64,000 bases of DNA from an uncultured Clostridium sp. (GCA_964578175.1 CAZOBH010000003.1:10159-74158); one strand, 5' to 3'. Shown: positions 19,755 to 29,650, counted from the stretch's first letter. Notes: a model not told the origin generated them from the sequence alone. Made by a program: numbers and translations.

Positions 19755-21173
19755 TTATTTTTTAAGTTCAGTTATTAGTAATTTATTAACCATTTCAGGA
19801 TTGGCTGAACCCTTAGTTTCCTTCATAATTTGACCCATTAAATACTTAATTGCTCTTTCATTACCATTTTTATAATCATTGACACTATTCTCATTATTTT
19901 TAAGTACATTATTTATAATTTCTAATAATTCTGATGGATCATTTATAATTTTAATTCCACTATTTTTTAATATTTCATCAACATTAATATCTTTCTCCAT
20001 CAAATCATTTAATATTTCTTTAAATACTTTACTATTAATATCTCCATTATCAAGTTTATTAACAACATCAATAAATTTTTCTACTGATAATTCAGTATCA
20101 GCAATTCTTTTTTCACTCTTATTTAAATAAGCAGAAATATCACCTAGTAATAAATTTGATGCTATTACAAAATTAATATCTTTATCTAAAAATTGATTTA
20201 AGTAATCAGATATTTCTCTATTTTGAATTATTTTACTAGCATTTAATTCACTAATTCCAAATGAAATATATTTCTTTTTTCTTTCATCTGCAAGCATTGG
20301 AATATTATTTTTAACATCCTCTATCATTCCATCAGTTATTTCAACAAATGGAATATCTGGTTCTGGGAAGTATCTATAGTCATTTCCAGCTTCTTTTATA
20401 CGCATAACTATAGTTTTATCGTTCTTTTCATCATATCTATATGTAGCAAATTCTACTTCTTTTCCACTTTCAAGTAATTCTTCTTGTCTTTTTGCTTCTG
20501 CAGTTATTGCTTTACCTACATTACTTATAGATCCAATATTTTTAATTTCTGCACGAGTTCCTAATTCATCAGTTTTAGAAATAGAAATATTAACATCACA
20601 TCTCATACTTCCTTCTTCTATCTTACAATCAGAAATATCAGCATATAAGAATAATTCTCTTAATTTTTCAATATAAGCCATTGCTTCTTCTTCACTATTC
20701 ATATCTGGTTCAGTAACTATTTCAACAAGTGGAACACCAGCTCTATTAAAATCTAAGAATGAATGTTGTTTATAGTGAATACTCTTACAAGTATCTTCTT
20801 CAATATGTATATCATGTATTCTAATTCTTTTAGTTTCATTATTTACATCTATATCAACATATCCATTAACACCAATTGGTGTTTCGGCTTGAGTAATTTG
20901 ATATCCTTTTGGTAAATCAGGATAAAAATAATTCTTACGATCAAAATGCATTAATTTATTAATATCACAATGTAATATTATTGCAGCTTTTAATGCTGTT
21001 TTAATTACTCCGTCATTTAATGTTGGAAGAGTTCCAGGATAACCTAAATCTACTACTGTTACATTTGAATTAGCAGTTCTTCCATATCCATTAATACTAT
21101 CAGAATAAATTTTTGTTTTAGTTTTTAATTCACAATGGATTTCAATACCAATTGTCTTCTTATAATCGCTCAT
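19755..21173 (-). CDS. gatB: Asp/Glu-tRNA amidotransferase subunit B
   Basis: IGIEIHCEL N-terminal motif. GatB length. Position in a gatCAB operon. Confidence 0.9.
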   Translation of the reverse strand: MSDYKKTIGIEIHCELKTKTKIYSDSINGYGRTANSNVTVVDLGYPGTLPTLNDGVIKTALKAAIILHCDINKLMHFDRKNYFYPDLPKGYQITQAETPIGVNGYVDIDVNNETKRIRIHDIHIEEDTCKSIHYKQHSFLDFNRAGVPLVEIVTEPDMNSEEEAMAYIEKLRELFLYADISDCKIEEGSMRCDVNISISKTDELGTRAEIKNIGSISNVGKAITAEAKRQEELLESGKEVEFATYRYDEKNDKTIVMRIKEAGNDYRYFPEPDIPFVEITDGMIEDVKNNIPMLADERKKKYISFGISELNASKIIQNREISDYLNQFLDKDINFVIASNLLLGDISAYLNKSEKRIADTELSVEKFIDVVNKLDNGDINSKVFKEILNDLMEKDINVDEILKNSGIKIINDPSELLEIINNVLKNNENSVNDYKNGNERAIKYLMGQIMKETKGSANPEMVNKLLITELKK

Positions 21174-22624
21174 TATTTAACCTCCCTTGGAATTAATTCT
21201 AAGTCTAATTTTTTCTCAATAAAACTAGCTAATTGATACATAGTAGCTTCATCCCATGAATTACCTATTATTTGTAGTCCAATTGGTAGATTATCATTAT
21301 TAAATCCAATTGGAACATTCATTCCAGGAAGTCCAGCCATATTAACTGGTATAACAAGAATATCATCTAAGAAAGTCTTACGTGGATCATCTAATCCTTC
21401 ATTTAAATTATAAGCAACTGTTGTAGCATTAGGTCCAATAATTAAATCATATTTTTTAAATGCTTCTAAGAATGATTCTCTAATACCATTTCTTATTTGT
21501 AATGCTTTATCATAATAGATTTTTGCATTATCTCCACTTAAAAGATAAGAACCTACCATAATACGTCTTTTAACTTCTTCTCCAAATCCTTCTCCTCTAG
21601 TATATCCATATAAATCATCTACACTAGATGGATTTTCTTTTGAATAACCATATTTAACCCCATCAAATCTAGCTAAGTTAGAACTTGCTTCACCCATAGC
21701 AATGATTTGATATAAAGTAACTGCATTTTCTATATAATCTATATCTATATAATCAATTGTTGCTCCATTTTCTTTAAGCATATCTATAACTTCATTTACT
21801 TTATCTTTAACTTCTTTAGATACGATTTCACTCATAAAGAAATTAGGTACAGCTATATGCATTCCTCTAATATCTTTACCTATTTTTCTTGTATAATCTT
21901 CTACTTCTCTATGTGAACTAGTTAAATCATTATCATCTCTTCCAGAAATAAGATTAAGAAGAACTGCATTTTCATATACGTTTCTAGTCATTGGACCAAT
22001 TTGATCTAGACTTGAACCAAATGCAACTAAACCAAAACGAGATACTCTTCCATATGTTGGCTTCATACCTACTATTCCACAATAACTTGATGGTTGTCTT
22101 ATAGATCCACCAGTATCACTTCCTAAAGCAAAAGGTGTAAGTCTTGCACTAACACAAACAGCAGAACCTCCACTTGATCCACCAGACACTTTAGTTTTAT
22201 TCCATGGATTTAATGGAGCTCCAAAATAACTAGTTTGACTAGTTGAACCCATTGCAAATTCATCCATATTTGTTTTACCTATAATTATCATATTTGCATC
22301 TTTTATTTTTTTAACAACAGTAGCATCATATATAGGCATAAAATTATCCAATATGTGTGATGCACATGTAGTTTTTAAATCTTTTGTTACAATATTATCC
22401 TTAATAGCTATAGGTATTCCATATAATAAATTATTAGGAGTAACTTCTTCTAATTCTTTTGCTCTTTTTAAAGCATTTTCTTTATCTAAAGTTATAAAAG
22501 CATTTAAATCTTTATTATTTTCTATTCTTTCAAAAGCCTCATTTACTAAATCTATTGGTTTAATTTTTTTATCAACTAATAATTTATGTATTTCATTTAT
22601 ATCTAAATCTAAGTAATTATTCAT
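21173..22624 (-). CDS. gatA: Glutamyl-tRNA(Gln) amidotransferase subunit A
   Basis: Amidase signature (GGSSGGSA). Confidence 0.9.
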   Translation of the reverse strand: MNNYLDLDINEIHKLLVDKKIKPIDLVNEAFERIENNKDLNAFITLDKENALKRAKELEEVTPNNLLYGIPIAIKDNIVTKDLKTTCASHILDNFMPIYDATVVKKIKDANMIIIGKTNMDEFAMGSTSQTSYFGAPLNPWNKTKVSGGSSGGSAVCVSARLTPFALGSDTGGSIRQPSSYCGIVGMKPTYGRVSRFGLVAFGSSLDQIGPMTRNVYENAVLLNLISGRDDNDLTSSHREVEDYTRKIGKDIRGMHIAVPNFFMSEIVSKEVKDKVNEVIDMLKENGATIDYIDIDYIENAVTLYQIIAMGEASSNLARFDGVKYGYSKENPSSVDDLYGYTRGEGFGEEVKRRIMVGSYLLSGDNAKIYYDKALQIRNGIRESFLEAFKKYDLIIGPNATTVAYNLNEGLDDPRKTFLDDILVIPVNMAGLPGMNVPIGFNNDNLPIGLQIIGNSWDEATMYQLASFIEKKLDLELIPREVK

Positions 22625-22913
22625 CTATCATCACCGGAACTTCCACAAAATTACCATTACTTTCAGGTACATTTTTCATTATATCTTCTGGATCCAACAT
22701 TGGACCTTCTACATCTTCTCTACAAATAGTATATTCTGTAACAGGAGTTATAACTCTTCCTTCATCTTTTAATTCAACATCTTTTATCTTATCAACATCA
22801 TCCATTAATGTTTTCAATTGAACTCTATATTTCTCTATTTCTTCATCAGTTAAATAAATTCTTGCAAGTCTAGCAACATGTTCTACTTCTTCTTTCGATA
22901 ATTTATCTGCCAT
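22617..22913 (-). CDS. gatC: Glutamyl-tRNA(Gln) amidotransferase subunit C. ATG start at MADK; the listed ORF extends upstream from a TTG.
   Basis: LARIYLTDEEIEKY GatC motif. GGAGGA RBS 6 nt before the ATG. Confidence 0.85.
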   Translation of the reverse strand: MADKLSKEEVEHVARLARIYLTDEEIEKYRVQLKTLMDDVDKIKDVELKDEGRVITPVTEYTICREDVEGPMLDPEDIMKNVPESNGNFVEVPVMIDE

Positions 22914-22971
22914 AATTTCCTCCAATATCTAACTTATTTTATCATAAATAATTATTATTTTAAACAAAAGC

Positions 22972-22999
22972 ATAAAAAAAGTAGATATTTCTATCTACT
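22972..22999 (-). terminator. Terminator after the 174-aa gene
   Basis: AGTAGAT-agaaat-ATCTACT hairpin followed by U7 on the minus strand. Confidence 0.55.
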
Positions 23000-23515
23000 T
23001 CTTTTAAATGTTCTAATTAATGATTTAACTGTTGTTTTATTAATTGCTTGTCCTATTTCACTTTCATCAATTCTTCCCATTGGGTGGAAAGGATCTGGAT
23101 CATATTCATCAAAGTAGATTTCTCCACTTTCTTTCATTTCTTTTCTCTTATCTTCTCCAAGTTGTAAAACATCTTTAATTGAACAAGGATAATCTTCTTC
23201 TAATCCAGCAGTTCTCTCTAATGATTCTTTTGCAGTTGTTACAAATTCAACTGGTGAACTATATCCATTTCTTTTTAAAAATCTAACCATACCCCTATCA
23301 AATAACAAATTATTATTTGGATCTATTCTATCTAACATTTCTCCTCTTACTTGATCATATCTAACCATACAAGCAATTGGATTAGTTCCTAATGAACGAT
23401 TTTTAACCAATTTTAAACTATCTCTTAACTCAGATACTGTTTTTCCTCTTAATAAAACTCTTCCTGTATTTAAGAATACTTCTAAATCACTAGCATATAC
23501 ATTTTTTCTTGCCAT
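22991..23515 (-). CDS. Conserved hypothetical protein (basic, cytoplasmic)
   Basis: 174 aa. No recognised motif. Confidence 0.4.
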   Translation of the reverse strand: MARKNVYASDLEVFLNTGRVLLRGKTVSELRDSLKLVKNRSLGTNPIACMVRYDQVRGEMLDRIDPNNNLLFDRGMVRFLKRNGYSSPVEFVTTAKESLERTAGLEEDYPCSIKDVLQLGEDKRKEMKESGEIYFDEYDPDPFHPMGRIDESEIGQAINKTTVKSLIRTFKRSR

Positions 23516-23619
23516 TATATATTCCTCCCTTTAAATGACGAGTTATATAATAACATAAAAATTGCATTTATGCCAATATAGACACTTTTTTGTTCATTTT
23601 TATGCTTTAATAGAGCATT

Positions 23620-25227
23620 TTAACTAAGTCCAACAACTTCAAAATTATCATTTAAGTCAATATGTTCATAATTAGGTACTTTAGGTAAACCAGGCATTGT
23701 TACTGTTTTTCCCATGAATGCAACAATAAATCCTGCACCATTATAAACCTCTAAATCTCTAATATGCATTGTATGATCTATTGAATATCCTAATTTATGT
23801 GGATCATCTGTAATTGAATATTGAGTCTTAGATATACATATTGGCATATTATTTAATTCTAATTTATTAAATAATTCTATTTTTTCTTTAGCTAATTCAC
23901 TATATTCTACATCTTTTGCTCTATATACTTCCTTGCAAAGTTTTTCTATCTTATTAGTTATACTATCATCTACATCATATAGGTATTTAAATTCATTTTC
24001 TTTATTTAAAGAATTAATAACTTCATCTGCAAGGACAATTGAACCTACTCCACCTTTTATATAACTATCAGATATTACAAAAGGTACATTGTAACATTGC
24101 ACTGATTTTCTTACTACATCTATTTCTTCCAAACTATCTGTTTTATATTTATTTAAACAAACTATAACATTTGAATTAAACTTAAGCATATTTTCGATAT
24201 GAACATTAAGATTAGGTAATCCTTTATGAACAGCATCTACATTTACTTGATCAAGGTTCTCTTGTGTTACTCCACCATTATATTTTAATGCTTTAATAGT
24301 ACATACAAGAACTACACAATCAGGTTTAATACCAGCTTTACGGCATTTTATATCAAAGAATTTTTCTGCTCCCAAATCACTTCCAAAACCTGCTTCAGTC
24401 ACAACATAATCAGAAAGTCTTCTACCAAGTTTTGTAGCAATAATAGAATTACATCCAATTGAAATATTTGCAAATGGTCCACCATGTATTAAAACAGGAT
24501 TATTCTCTAATGTTTGAACTATATTTGGATTAATTGCATCTTTTAATATAACAGCTAAACTACCTACTATATTTAAATCTCTTACATAAACAGGATTTCC
24601 ATCTAAGTTATAAGCAGCTATTATATTACCAAGATTTTCTTTTAAATCATCTAAATCATTTGATAAACAAAAGATACTCATTACTTCACTTGCAGCAGTA
24701 ATATTAAATTTATCACGCAAAGATCTATCATTAACGTCTAAACATCTTTTAAAAGCAATTCTATTTTGGTCGATTCTTAATTCATTTCCTTGATAAATAT
24801 GATTATCAATTGCAGCACTAATTAAATTGTTAGCGCTAGTTATTGCGTGAAGATCACCAGTAAAATGAAGATTAATATCTTCCATTGGTACAACTTGTGC
24901 ATAACCTCCACCAGTTGCTCCTCCTTTTAATCCAAACACAGGTCCTAAAGAAGGTTCTCTTAAAACACCTAAAGCATTTTTCTTCATATATCTTAAAGCA
25001 TCTAAAAGGCCTATGCTGATAGTGGTTTTTCCTTCACCAAATGGAGTTGGATTAATAGCTGTTACAAGTATTACTTTTCCGTTTTTATTTTTCATTACAT
25101 CATTAAATTTTATCTTAGCTTTATAATCTCCATATTGATCTATTAGATTTCTATCTATTTCTAATTCATCACAAATTTCTAAGATATTTTTCTTACTAAC
25201 AGATTTTGCAATTTCTATATCATTCAT
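23620..25227 (-). CDS. fhs: Formate--tetrahydrofolate ligase. Start set at MNDIEIAKS, which is preceded by GGTGGTGA.
   Basis: PTPFGEGKTTISIGL P-loop and full-length FTHFS pattern. Confidence 0.9.
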   Translation of the reverse strand: MNDIEIAKSVSKKNILEICDELEIDRNLIDQYGDYKAKIKFNDVMKNKNGKVILVTAINPTPFGEGKTTISIGLLDALRYMKKNALGVLREPSLGPVFGLKGGATGGGYAQVVPMEDINLHFTGDLHAITSANNLISAAIDNHIYQGNELRIDQNRIAFKRCLDVNDRSLRDKFNITAASEVMSIFCLSNDLDDLKENLGNIIAAYNLDGNPVYVRDLNIVGSLAVILKDAINPNIVQTLENNPVLIHGGPFANISIGCNSIIATKLGRRLSDYVVTEAGFGSDLGAEKFFDIKCRKAGIKPDCVVLVCTIKALKYNGGVTQENLDQVNVDAVHKGLPNLNVHIENMLKFNSNVIVCLNKYKTDSLEEIDVVRKSVQCYNVPFVISDSYIKGGVGSIVLADEVINSLNKENEFKYLYDVDDSITNKIEKLCKEVYRAKDVEYSELAKEKIELFNKLELNNMPICISKTQYSITDDPHKLGYSIDHTMHIRDLEVYNGAGFIVAFMGKTVTMPGLPKVPNYEHIDLNDNFEVVGLS

Positions 25228-25349
25228 ACTATCACCACCATAATTATACAAAAATTAGCCTTATTTTCCAAGAAAATGTCAAATATTACTAATATTTTTA
25301 TTATATTTAAATAAATAATGCTATAATTATTATAATAGAGGGTGATTAA

Positions 25350-27089
25350 ATGGCTAGTAACAATGAGGCTCTAGTAATCAGTGCAGCAAATTTAGACGTA
25401 ATTGAAAGAAATTTAGGTAATCTTGCTAACAATGTAGGTCAAGTAAGCTCTAATATAGAACACGTTGATTCTAAAGTTAACAAAGTCACTGATTCAGTAA
25501 AAACTATTGAAGAAGAAATTAAAAATTTTATGGTTGAAATAAGAGGTAGTACGGTTGTTGCTAACGCAAAACAATCAATTACTTTAGACCAAGATGAGAT
25601 CAATAAACAATATGGTCATTATGATAATGTTAGAAGAAAAATAAATGGAATATTTCAAGCTACTGATATTAATTCAATAAAAAAATCAACAATTGAAAAT
25701 ATTAGTGAACAAGTTATAATTGATACTCCTAACTACTGGCTTGCTCCGGCATTAGTTGCTATTTGTGCTTGGTTTAATGATAATAAAGACTTAGCTAATA
25801 GAGCATTAAAAGAAGCAATGACAAGAGACGATGAAAAAACTAGTTTATTATTTTGTTTAATTCATTTAAGAGCTGGAAGAAATGATACCGCTCTTCGTTG
25901 GTTAAGAAGATATTTAGAAATGCAAGATCCAACTAAAATGGAAAATAAAATTGTAACTATAATTGATGCAATTACAAACGGTACATTTGATGTAGATGCT
26001 AGAACTATGTGTCTAGACAAAATAAATACATGGCTTCAAGAATTAAATAATCAACCTGAATATAGAAATATTCAAGTAGATAGATGGACAACTTGTTTAA
26101 ATAGTTGGATTAAAGAAACTGAACCACAAAACTTTTATCATTTAAAAAATTATACTAACCAACATGATCAAATTCAAAAGATATTAGCTGTTACTACTTC
26201 CGAAAGGAATATATTAGAAGAACTTAAAAATATTCTCAAAGAAGATAGTGGTCCAAAGATATCAAGAGAAGCTGAAATAGATAAAATTATTAATTTGTTA
26301 GTGTTCAACTATGAAGATGAGGAATTAGAACTTAGAAAAGATATTGCTAAAAATAAATTAATTGTTGAAGAAAATGGAAATGTTAATAAAGCATTAGAAA
26401 GATTTAAAGAAACCGAGTTTGCATTTCAAAAGAATACTGATTTCTATTCACAACTAACTAATATAGTTTTAGAGAACAAATCAGTAAAACCTACAGTTAA
26501 TACTAGAAAACTTGCATTTGCACTATCTAAAGATTGGATTCTAGAAGCATACAATAAGAACATTAATAATGATGAAAATAATAACTTAAATATAAATATT
26601 AAAATTGGTAATTGGAATGGTAATACAATAAACGGATCAAATGAAAAAGAATTAGTACAAGATCTACATAATCACATAAATAATGATACTAACCAAGATA
26701 TTTATGGAAATAAATTATTTGATACTAAAATGATGATTGCAACAGTTATTGGCGTAATACTTACTATTATTTGTTTTATTATTAAGCAACCTCTAATTGC
26801 TCTTGTTGTATTAATTGGTGTATTAATAGTAGATGGATACTTCTTATTCTTAAATTATACTGAAAGAGAAAATAAAATTAAGAAAAGAGAAGAAAGAAAG
26901 AAAAATGAAACTTTAATACTTATGAATACTATTGCAGAAGTAGTAGATTTTAGATTCCTATATAAAGATGGAAAAGATACAGAAAATGAAATTATAGCGT
27001 TTATAAATTCATTAGATTATAACAATTATGTTAAAGCTGAAAGAAATCAAAGAAATATTCAGGTAGGTGATTTAAATGCTAGAAGATAA
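25350..27089 (+). CDS. Gene A of the plus-strand cassette. Domains: N-terminal coiled coil, a ~350-aa cytoplasmic alpha-helical domain, a two-helix membrane hairpin (aa ~459-505), and a short basic C-terminal tail. No recognised family.
   Basis: 579 aa. No signal peptide. Hydrophobic hairpin MMIATVIGVILTIICFIIKQPLIALVVLIGVLIVDGYFLFL. AGAGGGTGA RBS. Confidence 0.55.
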   Translation: MASNNEALVISAANLDVIERNLGNLANNVGQVSSNIEHVDSKVNKVTDSVKTIEEEIKNFMVEIRGSTVVANAKQSITLDQDEINKQYGHYDNVRRKINGIFQATDINSIKKSTIENISEQVIIDTPNYWLAPALVAICAWFNDNKDLANRALKEAMTRDDEKTSLLFCLIHLRAGRNDTALRWLRRYLEMQDPTKMENKIVTIIDAITNGTFDVDARTMCLDKINTWLQELNNQPEYRNIQVDRWTTCLNSWIKETEPQNFYHLKNYTNQHDQIQKILAVTTSERNILEELKNILKEDSGPKISREAEIDKIINLLVFNYEDEELELRKDIAKNKLIVEENGNVNKALERFKETEFAFQKNTDFYSQLTNIVLENKSVKPTVNTRKLAFALSKDWILEAYNKNINNDENNNLNINIKIGNWNGNTINGSNEKELVQDLHNHINNDTNQDIYGNKLFDTKMMIATVIGVILTIICFIIKQPLIALVVLIGVLIVDGYFLFLNYTERENKIKKREERKKNETLILMNTIAEVVDFRFLYKDGKDTENEIIAFINSLDYNNYVKAERNQRNIQVGDLNARR

Positions 27090-27267
27090 TACAGATTTTT
27101 TAGAAAAGAAAACTGAGTTATTTGATCAAGTTGATCAAGAAAGAAAAATTAAAGAACAAGAAAATAGAAAAAGTATAAATCCTAATGATGAAAAGTTTAT
27201 TAATGCTTTACCAGATTGGGATTTACCACCACTTTATGAAGGAGTAAGGAGAGTGGTTAGAAGATGA
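27076..27267 (+). CDS. Gene B: small acidic/basic protein (63 aa), translationally coupled to gene A
   Basis: Overlaps gene A by 14 nt. GGTAGGTGA RBS. C-terminal DWDLPPLYEG motif. Confidence 0.45.
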   Translation: MLEDNTDFLEKKTELFDQVDQERKIKEQENRKSINPNDEKFINALPDWDLPPLYEGVRRVVRR

Positions 27268-27695
27268 CTTATTATGAATGGATTGATTATTTAGATAAGT
27301 TAAAACATAACGCTATAACCGATAATGATGTTAACAAAATTGATCAAGCCAATTTAACCTATACTGGTGATATTAAAATAAGATTTCTAAATCACATCGT
27401 AGATTTAATAAACTATAGACTTAATGCATCAGTAGATAACTTTGTTTTAAAATTAGACAGAGTTAAACAAGATCAAAATACTTTACTTTTAGAATTAGGA
27501 TATATTAAAAATGAAATGGTATTTGCAAAGAAATTAGCTTCAGTAAGACATTTTGATGAAAATACCAAAAACTCATTACTTCAAAATATACATAAGTTTG
27601 GTGAAGATATAAATGGTCAAATAAGAAATGCATTTATGAATGATACAAATCCAGAAATAGCAATGATCATAAATAATTTGGATTTAAATAGTTAG
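27264..27695 (+). CDS. Gene C: 143-aa helical protein of unknown function
   Basis: ATGA start/stop overlap with gene B. AAGGAGAG RBS. Confidence 0.5.
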   Translation: MTYYEWIDYLDKLKHNAITDNDVNKIDQANLTYTGDIKIRFLNHIVDLINYRLNASVDNFVLKLDRVKQDQNTLLLELGYIKNEMVFAKKLASVRHFDENTKNSLLQNIHKFGEDINGQIRNAFMNDTNPEIAMIINNLDLNS

Positions 27696-27703
27696 GAGGA
27701 TTT

Positions 27704-29275
27704 ATGAACTATAAAGAAACAAAAGAAACTTTAATAAAATACATATTGGCAAGAATTCCTTTTATAGGAATAGACACTATTGAAAAAACTAGAACTTTAA
27801 ATTTATTAAGAGAAATTAGTAAAGAAACTAATACTATGATTAAAGTTCATTCTATGTCTAATGGATTTACTAATATATTAACTGGAGAAGTATATAATAA
27901 CGATAAACTATTGATGGGTGCTTTAGATTATATAGCAAAAGAATTACAAACGAGTGAAAATCAAATATATATATTAAGTGATGTACAAGAATTAGACACA
28001 GAAAATGTTACATCCAGATACCTAGCAGATTTAACTACATTAGCTGAAGAAAAATCATCAATTATTATGGTTATTACAGCTAATCCTTTATGGGTATTCT
28101 TACAAAGACAAGGAATGGTAATAGATTTTGAATTACCTGATGAAGATGAAATATTTAATTTAATAATTGAAGAAATTAGACCATATCAAAATCAAATTAA
28201 AATTGAATGGGATAAAGACGACGTAAAAGAGATTGCAAATATATTAGTTGGTGTTAGTTCAATTGAAATTAAAAATGTAATAGCTACTCTACTTGCTAGA
28301 GGTGAATTATTAAAAGATGATAAAATTGAACTTAGATTTGCTAAAGATAGTTTATTTTCTAATATTAATGGATTAGAAAAAATTAATGTAGAAGATGACT
28401 TAGCATTTGGAGGACTTCAAAATCTTAAACAATGGTTAGATGATAAACAAAAATTATTAGTTCCCGAAAAAAGAGAAGAAATGAAAAAAAGAGGTATAAA
28501 ACCTCCACGTGGAATATTATTAATGGGTGTTCCTGGATGTGGAAAGAGTTTATCTTCTAAAGCAATAGCTCAAAGATGGAAAAGACCTTTATATAGACTA
28601 GACTTTGCAACTATTCAAGGTAGATATGTAGGACAAAGTGAACAACAATTAAAAGAAGCTTTTGAAACAGCAGAACATGTATCTCCATGTATATTATGGA
28701 TTGATGAAATTGAAAAAGGATTAGCTGCTGGATCAAGTGATTCATCTGGAGTAACTCAAAGATTAATAGGTCAATTTCTATTCTGGTTACAAGAATGTAA
28801 TAAAGATGTATTCGTAGTTGCCACTGCCAATAATGTTAATGAACTCCCTCCTGAATTATTAAGAAAAGGAAGATTTGATGAATTATTCTTTATAGATTTA
28901 CCTAACTCTACAGAAAGAAAAGAAATACTTGAATTATATTTAAATAAATATTTTGAATTCCCTGGAGATGATAATTTAATTGCTCAATTAGTTAAAATAA
29001 CAGAGAATTATACTGGATCTGATATAGAAGCAATTCTAAGAGATTTAGCATATCAAAACATAGCAGGACTTATTGAAGTAAATGCAAATACTGTAATAAA
29101 TGCATTTAATGGTTCTGTATCTATGTATAATACAAATAAAGAGAAAATTGAAAAAATTAGAAACTGGGCAAAAGATAGAACAATTAATGCATCTATCCCT
29201 GATCAAGTACAACCTCAAAACACACCAGTTCAAAGTGCACCAGTTACACCACAAGAACAAATTGAAGTATTATAA
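27704..29275 (+). CDS. Gene D: classic-clade AAA ATPase (katanin/Vps4/FtsH-like module) with a ~260-aa N-terminal extension
   Basis: KPPRGILLMGVPGCGKSLSSKAIA (Walker A), ILWIDEIE (Walker B), ATANNVNELPPELLRKGRFD (SRH / Arg finger). AGGAGGA RBS. Confidence 0.8.
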   Translation: MNYKETKETLIKYILARIPFIGIDTIEKTRTLNLLREISKETNTMIKVHSMSNGFTNILTGEVYNNDKLLMGALDYIAKELQTSENQIYILSDVQELDTENVTSRYLADLTTLAEEKSSIIMVITANPLWVFLQRQGMVIDFELPDEDEIFNLIIEEIRPYQNQIKIEWDKDDVKEIANILVGVSSIEIKNVIATLLARGELLKDDKIELRFAKDSLFSNINGLEKINVEDDLAFGGLQNLKQWLDDKQKLLVPEKREEMKKRGIKPPRGILLMGVPGCGKSLSSKAIAQRWKRPLYRLDFATIQGRYVGQSEQQLKEAFETAEHVSPCILWIDEIEKGLAAGSSDSSGVTQRLIGQFLFWLQECNKDVFVVATANNVNELPPELLRKGRFDELFFIDLPNSTERKEILELYLNKYFEFPGDDNLIAQLVKITENYTGSDIEAILRDLAYQNIAGLIEVNANTVINAFNGSVSMYNTNKEKIEKIRNWAKDRTINASIPDQVQPQNTPVQSAPVTPQEQIEVL

Positions 29276-29276
29276 A

Positions 29277-29300
29277 AAGCAACTTAGTTGCTTTTTTTAT
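29277..29300 (+). terminator. Terminator of the plus-strand cassette
   Basis: AAGCAAC-tta-GTTGCTT hairpin followed by TTTTTT. Confidence 0.6.
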
Positions 29301-29650
29301 TATATAAAAATTAAACTAAAGAGATTTACAAATACTATTAAACTTATTTGAGTTATAAGTATAGAAAATATTGCAAAGCCTACTTTAATTGATACTTCTT
29401 TTTTAGATTTTCTAGCTAAATGAATCATTGCAATAGAAAATATTATTACAAGAATCATATCTGTCCATAGTAACCAAGTAAAAAACTTAGAAGTCATAAA
29501 ATTATTAATTAATGATATATCTTTATTAATATTTATAAAATAAGTTTCATACATAGTTAAGATTAAAAAATTAATAATATCTAATATATATAATGTTCTT
29601 CTAACAATCATTTCTTGATGCCAAACTGGTTCTTTTTCTTTCTTTTTCAT
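29300..29650 (-). CDS. Small polytopic membrane protein
   Basis: 116 aa with 3 predicted TM segments. Confidence 0.4.
   Translation of the reverse strand: MKKKEKEPVWHQEMIVRRTLYILDIINFLILTMYETYFININKDISLINNFMTSKFFTWLLWTDMILVIIFSIAMIHLARKSKKEVSIKVGFAIFSILITQISLIVFVNLFSLIFI

Noticed and set aside
19879-20130. 83-aa plus-strand ORF
   Set aside because: Antisense to gatB.
22353-22616. 87-aa plus-strand ORF
   Set aside because: Antisense to gatA.
25350-29275. Identification of the AAA cassette as sporulation SpoVK or FtsH
   Set aside because: SpoVK is ~320 aa and standalone. FtsH carries N-terminal TMs and a C-terminal HEXXH protease domain. Neither matches the 523-aa soluble two-part architecture or the accompanying genes.
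29045-29351. 71-aa minus-strand and 83-aa plus-strand ORFs at the end of the AAA gene
   Set aside because: They overlap the AAA gene, its terminator and the small TM gene. The AAA frame has clear motifs and the alternatives have none.
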